From the NCBI GenBank assembly GCA_016933575.1, contig JAFGAR010000040.1:32001-96000 (forward strand): DNA of 64,000 bases, in the 5' to 3' direction. A program made the translations under genes and the position numbers. Numbering within the stretch: position 1 is the stretch's first letter; every line of letters begins with the position of its first letter. Of this stretch, positions 29,470-37,591 are shown in pieces. The notes beneath the pieces were generated by a model. That model searched no databases and was not told where the DNA came from. It was given only the letters and a program-made list of their open reading frames with translations. The stretch is from Candidatus Thorarchaeota archaeon. Its GTDB lineage: Archaea; Asgardarchaeota; Thorarchaeia; Thorarchaeales; Thorarchaeaceae.

Positions 29470-30135
29470 TCAATAGATTCCTCGATATGAAACTACGATA
29501 TCTTGAAACTGCTCAAAATCAAGAATAAACGAGTTGAATTTGAATACTGGTACAACTGGCACACCATCATGGAGTTCTAACTCCTCTACTAGCCATGTTA
29601 CAATAATCGGAATTATCTCATACTCACCACGATTCATCGACCCAATTCTCTTGGAGAGTTGATCGAATTGGGACGTGAGTCTATATGTTCTCTCCTTCTG
29701 TTTTTCAGCAGCCTTACGTAAGGCATTTGATTTGCCGCCTCGAATACCCCACATTTTGGCATCGACAGCAAGAATGGTCTTTCCTCTTCTCCCTACAACA
29801 TCTATTTCCATTCCTTGGATTGTATCCGTACCTTTTCTTCTAAAACTCTCGGTACACCTGAAACCATTTTCTGTCAGTATTCCTGCTACTAATCCCTCGA
29901 AATCCTTCCAGGTCAATAATTCGATGATCTCTCCAATAGCCACACCTTTCTCAACAAGCGTCATAGCGATGGAGATACGTTTCTCTCTATCAACAGAAAT
30001 CTGTCCCTCTACATTTCTTTGGAGACCTAGGTCTAGGATAACATCTGAATTGATATGTTCATTTTCTGAAACAATATTACTATCTGTTGTTTCTTTGAGA
30101 ATATCCAGTGCCGTTTTTATGAAATTGGAGCTCAT
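29470..30135 (-). CDS. Mrr-like/restriction endonuclease-like PD-(D/E)xK protein
   Basis: LTWKDFEGLVAGIL, EIDVVG, AVDAKMW. Confidence 0.7.
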   Translation of the reverse strand: MSSNFIKTALDILKETTDSNIVSENEHINSDVILDLGLQRNVEGQISVDREKRISIAMTLVEKGVAIGEIIELLTWKDFEGLVAGILTENGFRCTESFRRKGTDTIQGMEIDVVGRRGKTILAVDAKMWGIRGGKSNALRKAAEKQKERTYRLTSQFDQLSKRIGSMNRGEYEIIPIIVTWLVEELELHDGVPVVPVFKFNSFILDFEQFQDIVVSYRGIY

Positions 30136-30198
30136 GCTATTTTATTTCTATCGCGTTAGTTTATAACCTCAATTGATAACACAAGGTTTGGTGGATTC

Positions 30199-30690
30199 AT
30201 GTCTGAAGAGGAATTTGGCTGGAAGCGGGTTCTCCAAGCATTCGATGATTGGATTTCTTATGAAGCTGAGGAATTTGGCCCCTATACTGGTTATTTCTCT
30301 CTTGAGAATCTCCGAGACCTTATGCACGTCGAGCGCCTTAGTTGGATGCACTCCATGGTTGACGAGATAATTCCTGGTCGTATTGACAAGTGTCGCGAAG
30401 CTGCAGTCGCCTTTGAAGATTTTATGCCCTACATGCCTGATCCCGATGCTAGAGAGATTGTACAATCAATGATCGAGCTAAGTCAAGTAATTGAAGATGC
30501 GATGCTAGCTATGAGTGATACAATTAGCAGTATGAAAGATGATTATGAGGAAGGGGGTATGGATGAAATCGTTACCTATCTATCTGACCTTGCTGATGGT
30601 GAGGAAAACATACGCCATCATATGAGTCTCTTTAGCCAAGGCTTTGCTAAATTGCGAAATCTAGGACTGGAGATGCCTGACATGGAATGA
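30199..30690 (+). CDS. Hypothetical acidic helical protein
   Basis: 163-aa ORF with protein-like composition; no motif recognised. Confidence 0.65.
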   Translation: MSEEEFGWKRVLQAFDDWISYEAEEFGPYTGYFSLENLRDLMHVERLSWMHSMVDEIIPGRIDKCREAAVAFEDFMPYMPDPDAREIVQSMIELSQVIEDAMLAMSDTISSMKDDYEEGGMDEIVTYLSDLADGEENIRHHMSLFSQGFAKLRNLGLEMPDME

Positions 30691-30774
30691 TTTGATCAAC
30701 CAAAACAATATCCGCAATTACTGCAAAAATCTTAATATCAATTGATTTGCCAGTCCCCTTCTTGAGGGGTACAT

Positions 30775-31698
30775 TTGTCCAAAAAACTAGCGTGGATTAG
30801 CAACTTCTTTTCAGTGCTATCAAAAAAGGCTCTGTTTAGATGGTTCATTTTTCTGATCTTCATTTCTGGAGTGGTTTTCATCTTTGGAAACTATGATGAA
30901 TTTAACACTCTTAGTCTATTGTTCTCATTTGTTACTAGCATGGGGTGGTTCATAGCAACTGGTCTTCCATTTGTAGTTGGAGCATCACTAGTCTTTTGCT
31001 CCAAGGAAACACAAAATAGCATTTCAGCAAAGATGAATACTGAATATCAAGTTCGATTTTCAATTGTCTTTGTTTCATATTTGATTCTCATGCTGCTTGG
31101 AAAGTAGTTATTGGGCTCTCCATGATACAGCTTCACGCAAATCGGATTTTCCCTCCCCTCTGATGACCTTTTAAAAGCGAAAGCAGGTATTGAGGACAGA
31201 AGAAAAAAAGCAATAGCCGTAACTATTACAATCATCATATTCATGTCATTTTCTTCTTATAGCTACAGTCAGATACAACAAGCAGAATCCCCGTTCGTCG
31301 TGTACGAGAGTCCTTATGGAGGAGAAACTGTCAATATTGGAGAATGGATATATGGTTCGTTCGTAGGTCAAGAACGTCCCGAATTAGATCCGTTATACAC
31401 GAAGTGTTCTGGTCAAGTCCTTAACTGGCTCTTTTCTTCAGGAAATATCACTTTCAATTTTAATTCCAAGCAACTGACAATGGTTGAATTCCTTGAATTA
31501 AACGATACTGAAATCTATGATTCATTCCATACTGGACAAAATATCCATACCACTATGGATGGAACCTTTCAAGATGCTGGAGTGGATGTTACTCAAGAAT
31601 CTGAATACATTTGGGTTCTGAGGTTCGTCGATATTAACGGAAAGACTTCAGGAACAATAGATGTTTGGTTTCAAATTTACTTGCATACATATCATTAA
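30775..31698 (+). pseudogene. Probably interrupted membrane protein gene (two same-frame ORFs)
   Basis: 30775..31107 and 31243..31698 are in the same frame, separated by TAG 31105 and TGA 31123; the gap encodes RRKKAIAVTITIIIFM, a TM helix running into the second ORF. Confidence 0.4.
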
Positions 31699-31763
31699 CA
31701 AGATTTAAGTCAGAATTGCTAATTATCACTATTGACCCAACAGAAAAAGAGGTGAAAAACGCA

Positions 31764-31871
31764 ATGGGTACTGAACCAAGATCCGCTGCCCATCAATATC
31801 GGGTCGCAAACGCAAAAGGTGACTGCCAAATTAAGTCATCAACACGAGGTGAACGTGTTCTTACGGTCTAG
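31764..31871 (+). CDS. Possible 35-aa leader peptide (uORF)
   Basis: GAGGTGA at 31749-31755, then ATG 31764; MGTEPRSAAHQYRVANAKGDCQIKSSTRGERVLTV*. Confidence 0.35.
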   Translation: MGTEPRSAAHQYRVANAKGDCQIKSSTRGERVLTV

Positions 31872-32190
31872 TGACCGTGAGGTACATCCTACTTTTCAGA
31901 GTCTTGTTGCATCATTCTTCAAATTAGCCGAGACTAGAATGAGTGATACGCAAAAGACTGTATTGAGGACAAGTCGTCAGCTATTGAAATTCCGTGATAT
32001 ATCCTTGACATCGCTGGCTGATTTAGTTTCTCGTCGTTCTGAAGTCCCTTACAGCACCGTGAAATGGAATCTACGCTCTCTAAAAGAGATGGGTCTGTTA
32101 ACTGGTGGGGATATGAGTTGCAAGGGAGAACACGCTCGTCTAACGCATGCGGCTCAGATGTTAGCGGATCATCTGGAGAAAGAGTATTAG
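31819..32190 (+). CDS. Winged-helix DNA-binding protein
   Basis: SLTSLADLVSRRSEVPYSTVKWNLRSLKEMGLL...ARLTHAA. Confidence 0.7.
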   Translation: MTAKLSHQHEVNVFLRSSDREVHPTFQSLVASFFKLAETRMSDTQKTVLRTSRQLLKFRDISLTSLADLVSRRSEVPYSTVKWNLRSLKEMGLLTGGDMSCKGEHARLTHAAQMLADHLEKEY

Positions 32191-32196
32191 AACAAA

Positions 32197-32221
32197 GGGG
32201 CTTCTTCAGCCCCCTTTTTTT
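32197..32221. terminator. Hairpin + T-tract between convergent genes
   Basis: GGGGCT-TCTTC-AGCCCC, then CTTTTTTT. Confidence 0.7.
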
Positions 32222-32261
32222 GATTAGGATATTCGAAAGAAGAGTAAGGGTGCTTCCCTGT

Positions 32262-32299
32262 CTCAACCGATACTGCTTTGCTTTACGTACCGATATCAT
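32262..32299 (-). promoter_or_regulatory. Eukaryote-type (form 2) SECIS element
   Basis: Minus strand AUGAU-AUCGGUAC-GU-AAA-GC-AAA-GC-A-GUAUCGGU-UGAG: AUGA/GA core, 8-bp helix, unpaired AAA, apical mini-helix. Confidence 0.8.
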
Positions 32300-33102
32300 T
32301 GAATCTTTTTATCGAACATCTCCAAGCCTTTTTGTGCAAGAGCTTTCGCCTCTTCAGGATTGGTCGCAGCTGCAAGAACGACATCCACAGTCTTGTGTTC
32401 TCCAGAATCATAGGATCCAAGATTCCATTGAAGCGCTGTGGCAATGTCTCTTGGTCCAAGCTCGAGGTTCTTACTTAGGTCGCGGTTTTCTTCATCGATT
32501 CTGAGTTTTGTGGGACTGCCAATTTCCCACGCATCAGCCTTCGGATTTGAAACCATAACCACACATAGCGGGTTGTCGTCGTAGGCAGCCATAATTCCAG
32601 ACACTGGATCATAGGTGCCGACATCATCCTTATAGCTGGTTGGTCCACCAACATCGAAGTCCATGAAATTGTAGAGTTTCAAGTCCTCAATGGTGGAACT
32701 GTTCGATAGGTTTGTCGTTTTGAAACGTACCAGCAATATCGGTGTGTTATAGCTCCACACCTCGAGATCAAATCGTGCCATGGGTGGTTGTCCTTCTACT
32801 GGAGAATGATCCAGAACAACGTGTAGTCTTCCATCCTGCGCATCTTCAGTTACTACGGAGATTGTGGCAATTTCAGTAGAGCTTACTCTGTGAACAATAC
32901 CGTCCACAATGTACGTGAGCGAAAATCCACCTTTGTAATCTGCAGGATTTCGTAGTAGTAGTCGTTCTTTCCCACTAGCATCGATCAGACTGAGGCGCTT
33001 GATGTAGAAACCTAGGCGACCTTTTCCTCAGGATGAACACTCGACAGCGTATGCGATATCCAACCTCGGACTGCGATTGCCCGTTTCAAGGATTTCAGAC
33101 AT
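32296..33102 (-). CDS. Putative selenoprotein (268 aa, Sec25 in CxxU), family not recognised
   Basis: ATG 33102 is in frame with ORF 32296..32907, with a single in-frame TGA at 33030-33028 in VECSS(U)GKG; SECIS at the 3' end. Confidence 0.8.
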
Positions 33103-33146
33103 GACCGATCACTTTACCAATGCTATTGCTGCTGACTCGCTCTTTT

Positions 33147-33170
33147 GATATAAACCTCAGGATATATCCT
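33147..33170 (-). promoter_or_regulatory. TATA-like box and adjacent 12-bp palindrome upstream of the selenoprotein gene
   Basis: TTTATATC (minus strand, 33154-33147); AGGATATATCCT at 33159-33170. Confidence 0.4.
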
Positions 33171-33260
33171 AGTTTATTCACAAATTGGATAATTCCTCAT
33201 GATTCATAAAGTTGATAAACAGCATAAGACAAATCGGTTTTGTTTTTGGTAGGTAATTCC

Positions 33261-34493
33261 ATGACTAATCTCACAGTTGAACAATTGCAGAAATGGTATC
33301 GTAAACAGGTCCAGAAGAAATCTAGTGATTTCCTTAAACAGGCTGAAAAAAGTTACAAGATTGTCGAAAGGGCTCTCAAAGATATAGAGGAGTTAGTCAA
33401 GGCTTTTGCTGTTGAAGATGAGGATGATCCAGAATCAAGTGGCATAGCTGCACGATTTGCGTTCAAAGTCAAGGAAATGATTGATAATTTCTATGTTGAT
33501 AAAGAGATTTCTTATGAGAGCACAAAAGCAATGCAGAGTGAGATCCAGAAATTTATCCAGGAGTTGTGGGGTGCAGGTGCTCGTTGGATTCGTAAGATGG
33601 ACAAACGCCACAAGGCAACGATAAAATCAATAGACGTTGCTATGAAAGATCTTGCCAAGGAAATGAACAGGATTGGAAAACTTCTCTACGACTTTGCATG
33701 GGTTGATGATTTAGAGCGAATTGGTAATCGTATTGACACCCTTCATGACCTTACATTCAGCAAAGATGTTTTTGAGGAGCAGATCAAGACTGTTAGATTA
33801 AAGATTGACACTGCCACTAACGAATACAAAACTGCAAAAGAGAATTACGACAAGTTCACTGAAACATCAAATGTCGCAGAGCTACTGAGTCTTGATGAGC
33901 AGGCTGAGCATGTGTCCACACTACTCAGAATGAAGCTCAACCCATTAAAGAAGCAAGTGAAGAAGTTTCAACAAGTCGATACCGGCGTTCGTGTAAGTCC
34001 TGCTGGACAGATAGCACTGAATAATTATTTTGATGATCCATATACAGCAATTGTTGCTGAACCCGTTGGATATCCTGCCCTTCTCGAAGGATTTCAAGGC
34101 CTTGCAGAAGCGATTGAGAACGACAAATTATCCCTTAAGGACAGACTAGCTCGACGTGCTATTGAAGAAATTGAGGCTATACGTAAAGGTGGACTACAAA
34201 AGCTACAGAATCAAGCCAAGGATATAGAAGACAAACGACATACCTATACTGGTTCTGATATCTATGCTCAGAGTCAAAAACTAGAAACATCTCTAAAAGA
34301 AGCTGAAAAGAATCTCGAATATCATCGAAACGACCTACTCAGGATAAAAGATGATATTTCCCGCCAGATCGACAAAGTGAAGGAATTTAAAACAAGAATT
34401 GAGTCCGAGATACTTCAATCCTTTAACGAGAAGGTAACAATCGAACTTGAGGTGTCTCTCGAACCTTTGCTTGCAATGTGTACTATTGAATAA
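33261..34493 (+). CDS. Hypothetical coiled-coil protein
   Basis: Long K/E-rich heptad helices with a central globular hinge (YFDDPY...GYP). Confidence 0.75.
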   Translation: MTNLTVEQLQKWYRKQVQKKSSDFLKQAEKSYKIVERALKDIEELVKAFAVEDEDDPESSGIAARFAFKVKEMIDNFYVDKEISYESTKAMQSEIQKFIQELWGAGARWIRKMDKRHKATIKSIDVAMKDLAKEMNRIGKLLYDFAWVDDLERIGNRIDTLHDLTFSKDVFEEQIKTVRLKIDTATNEYKTAKENYDKFTETSNVAELLSLDEQAEHVSTLLRMKLNPLKKQVKKFQQVDTGVRVSPAGQIALNNYFDDPYTAIVAEPVGYPALLEGFQGLAEAIENDKLSLKDRLARRAIEEIEAIRKGGLQKLQNQAKDIEDKRHTYTGSDIYAQSQKLETSLKEAEKNLEYHRNDLLRIKDDISRQIDKVKEFKTRIESEILQSFNEKVTIELEVSLEPLLAMCTIE

Positions 34494-34509
34494 ATGAAGG
34501 CTGGATATA

Positions 34510-35334
34510 TTGCGTGTCTTAGTCACATCTGAGAAGGATATCGCAAGTCAAACCATCAAGCACGTTCTTGTCGAAGAATATGGATTCAAACCTAGTGAAA
34601 GAAGCTTCGAAGGCAATCCAATCTTTAGTTATGATGATTCTACAATCCTAATAACAACCCAACGTGACATGATCTACTGTGACCATCTTGAGGTCTTCTT
34701 TGATGCTGATGTTTTCATCTTTTGTTCTCGGCATAGAGCTGAGTCTGCTAAGCCTGCTCTGCTGGTTCACAGCACGGGTAATCTCGGATCAGAAGCCTCC
34801 TTTGGTGGTAATCCTAATGAGGTATCTGTTTCTGCACCTTCTTTGGTTTCTGCAGCTTTAAAGCGTCTATTCAAAGAGAGAAACGATCGAAACCTCGATG
34901 AATTTGATGTTTCTCTTGAGGTCACGCATCATGGACCTACATCTATGAAAACGCCTCTTGTTTTTGTAGAACTTGGTAGTACCGAGGAATATTGGGTACA
35001 CACTGAAGGTGCTAGAGCGGTTGCTGCTGCTATCATGGATTGTGTCCGTACGCCTCTCTTATCAACTACTGCAATAGGTTTTGGTGGGACTCATTATGCT
35101 AGTAAGTTCAACAAGCTCGTCTTGGAAAAGGATTACAATTTTGGGCACATTGCTCCTAAGTATGCTATAGATGGTTTGACTCATGATGTAGTACGACAAA
35201 TGGCCACAAGAACCACCTCTGAATCTAAAATCGCGATTATCGATTGGAAAGGCATGAATGCTGAGAACAAAGCCAATGTTTTTCCTTTACTTGAGGAGCT
35301 TGGACTTGAAATAATCCGTGATAAAGACGCATAA
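34510..35334 (+). CDS. dtdA: D-aminoacyl-tRNA deacylase (archaeal DTD2)
   Basis: SRH.AES, LVHSTGN, EVTHHGP, FVELGSTEEYW, GFGGTHYA. Confidence 0.93.
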   Translation: MRVLVTSEKDIASQTIKHVLVEEYGFKPSERSFEGNPIFSYDDSTILITTQRDMIYCDHLEVFFDADVFIFCSRHRAESAKPALLVHSTGNLGSEASFGGNPNEVSVSAPSLVSAALKRLFKERNDRNLDEFDVSLEVTHHGPTSMKTPLVFVELGSTEEYWVHTEGARAVAAAIMDCVRTPLLSTTAIGFGGTHYASKFNKLVLEKDYNFGHIAPKYAIDGLTHDVVRQMATRTTSESKIAIIDWKGMNAENKANVFPLLEELGLEIIRDKDA

Positions 35335-35456
35335 TACTGTTAATGCATTGCTTGTAAACACTCTCTGGCATAGTAATATCCCGTTTACTACATTCCCGAA
35401 AGGCTAATTACTCTAATTGAACAAAACGCGATTACTGTCTTAGGGCTGGGGATAGT

Positions 35457-36548
35457 ATGGCCTCTAAAGAAATTGAAACTGCAATCGATGAGCTGACTGA
35501 AAAAGTAGACAAGCTGACTGATGAGTTAGCGAGTTTACGTGAGGAACTTGAAGTCCTTAAATCCCTTCCAAGTGTGATTGATAAAGTCGATTCCATTGAA
35601 TCTGAATTGAAAGAAGTTCAATCCACAATCTCTCCTATGACTAAAATGGATGATCTGATTTCTTCTATTGAATCACTAAATGAGGATATGTCAAGTGTAA
35701 AGGATTCCAAGGAATTAGAGAAATTGGGTAAGAAACTTGCGGATCTTATCAAAACAGTTGAGAGTGTTGATTCAAATATAGAGGGAGTAAAAAGTTCTCA
35801 GGGATTAGAACTTGTTGATAGTAAAATGGATGACATTATCTCTTCAGTCAAGAATGTTGATGAATCAATGAAGCAGATTCTAGATTCTAAAGAATCTGAA
35901 GTAATCATAAAGAAGGTTGATGATATACTAATAGTGTTGTCAGAAACTGAAGTGATTAGCAAGAAATTAGATGATCTTCAAGGATATGTTGCGAATCTCT
36001 CGGGAATTGAGGAAAGGGTTCAAGACCTCTCAAACCAATTTGAAGAAACAAATGAGATCGTCGGTATTATTGTTAGACAACTTGATGATATCGAGCGGAA
36101 GTATAATCTTTCCATTGACAAGATTTCTGAAACAGCTGAACTCGTAGAAAAAATCGCCATGGGTAGTACTACTGAACAGACCTCTTCTAAATCCCCAGGA
36201 AAGAAACCTTCCAAGGAGATAGAAGATGAGGAAGAAAAGGATAAACCAAAACCAGTATCAAAAGTCAACCTCCCGTCAACCATTGATGCACTCATGGAGA
36301 GATTACTCGGACTGGTTAATCCTCACACTGAAGCCAAACAAATGGCCGAGGCCTTGGAAGACGTACGTGATCAATTAACAACTATGATACAGGGACACAC
36401 ACCTGTCCTCTTCCAGTTTGGAAAGAAAGCTAGGGAACTGAAGTCTTACCCACCCACTGCTACACTAAATGAAAATGACATTGCAATTCTGAATAAAGAC
36501 ATCAAATCTTGGGCAAGTAAACTGAAAGAGATTGCTCGGGAGTCATAA
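35457..36548 (+). CDS. Coiled-coil protein with 30-aa tandem repeats and a C-terminal helical domain
   Basis: Heptad-rich N-terminus, charged linker, compact C-terminus. Confidence 0.75.
   Translation: MASKEIETAIDELTEKVDKLTDELASLREELEVLKSLPSVIDKVDSIESELKEVQSTISPMTKMDDLISSIESLNEDMSSVKDSKELEKLGKKLADLIKTVESVDSNIEGVKSSQGLELVDSKMDDIISSVKNVDESMKQILDSKESEVIIKKVDDILIVLSETEVISKKLDDLQGYVANLSGIEERVQDLSNQFEETNEIVGIIVRQLDDIERKYNLSIDKISETAELVEKIAMGSTTEQTSSKSPGKKPSKEIEDEEEKDKPKPVSKVNLPSTIDALMERLLGLVNPHTEAKQMAEALEDVRDQLTTMIQGHTPVLFQFGKKARELKSYPPTATLNENDIAILNKDIKSWASKLKEIARES
35646..35915 (+). repeat. Three intragenic 30-aa (90-nt) repeats
   Basis: MDDLISSIESLNEDMSSVKDSKELEKLGKK / LADLIKTVESVDSNIEGVKSSQGLELVDSK / MDDIISSVKNVDESMKQILDSKESEVIIKK. 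Confidence 0.75.
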
Positions 36549-36742
36549 TCTTCAGTGTACTCATTCATAATATTGATTGATCCATGAGATTATTCAATAA
36601 CACCACACATTCGGGTGGCATAGGTTTATCTCGTTAGTTCACAAATGCGCAATTAGATTTGCCTTGGGTGATAACTTTTCACCACGGATTTGTATATTTA
36701 ACAATCCGTTTCTTTCATCAAGTGCAATAGGTGTGAAATGTC

Positions 36743-37543
36743 ATGGAACTGGTAAAACACAACGATGAACTTCAAAGGAGAATCGAATTGCTCGATGTAA
36801 CTGCCGATTTACAACTAGCTAAAGAACTGATGGAACTACATCAAGCGAAATGTGCAGCATGTCAGGAAGATCGATTGCGATGTGCTACACGTCCTGCTTG
36901 TAAGGATCGCAATTTTCTCAATGCCCTTATCGAAATCGGTGTTGAAGTCATTGATTTGCCAGATTTCTGTTATAGTCAAAATGTCGAACAGATACGTCGT
37001 CTTGTCCTAGAGAAGAAAGGACGGAGGATGATTGACCGTAGGCTTCCAATCAAAGACCTTCTACAATCTCTCGGGGTTAGCTCAATTAGACATTTCACAA
37101 CAAAGTACAAGAAAGAATGGGATAATTTTGCTTCGGTACACGAGGGAAACCTCATGCTAGTGACAGGAGATGGTCTCCTTTTCCGCTTTGATTTCACTCG
37201 TGGAATAGTTACAGTAAATCCATCGAAGGACAGAATCCGCTCCTACAATATATTCAAACTTTACTGCGATCTATTTTCTGAAAGATATCAAGTGAATATG
37301 ACTGTCAAGGATGTTACACAGAACTGGTGGATTCTTTCCCTAACAGTTGATGATTCTGATGCAGCAGCAGTAAAAGCACTGCAAAAAGGTGATTTGGCTG
37401 AATCTTTCGACGCCATTTACCGGACTGAATCCGAAGGAAAAGTCCAGATTCAAGTTGAAGTTCTACTAGATACTGATGCTAAATATCTGGAATCTGAAGA
37501 CCTTAGCGAACTATTTGTCAAAGCATCAAAACTCTGCAAGTAA
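36743..37543 (+). CDS. Hypothetical protein with a Cys cluster
   Basis: HQAKCAAC...CATRPAC...FCY. Confidence 0.7.
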   Translation: MELVKHNDELQRRIELLDVTADLQLAKELMELHQAKCAACQEDRLRCATRPACKDRNFLNALIEIGVEVIDLPDFCYSQNVEQIRRLVLEKKGRRMIDRRLPIKDLLQSLGVSSIRHFTTKYKKEWDNFASVHEGNLMLVTGDGLLFRFDFTRGIVTVNPSKDRIRSYNIFKLYCDLFSERYQVNMTVKDVTQNWWILSLTVDDSDAAAVKALQKGDLAESFDAIYRTESEGKVQIQVEVLLDTDAKYLESEDLSELFVKASKLCK

Positions 37544-37591
37544 ATGTTGCAATGAATATCAGATAGTTCGAAAAACCACAGATATGGTGGG

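Noticed and set aside
18231-30135. Restriction-modification system from the MTase plus the Mrr-like nuclease
   Set aside because: They are over 10 kb apart among housekeeping genes; no defence-island context.
31105-31125. TGA 31123 as selenocysteine, or TAG 31105 as pyrrolysine
   Set aside because: Two different stops would both need recoding; there is no Cys-type motif and I saw no SECIS after 31698.
32224-32298. Read-through of the terminal TGA of the selenoprotein as a second Sec
   Set aside because: That TGA is itself part of the SECIS core, and the downstream frame hits another TGA after 10 codons with no protein-like motif.
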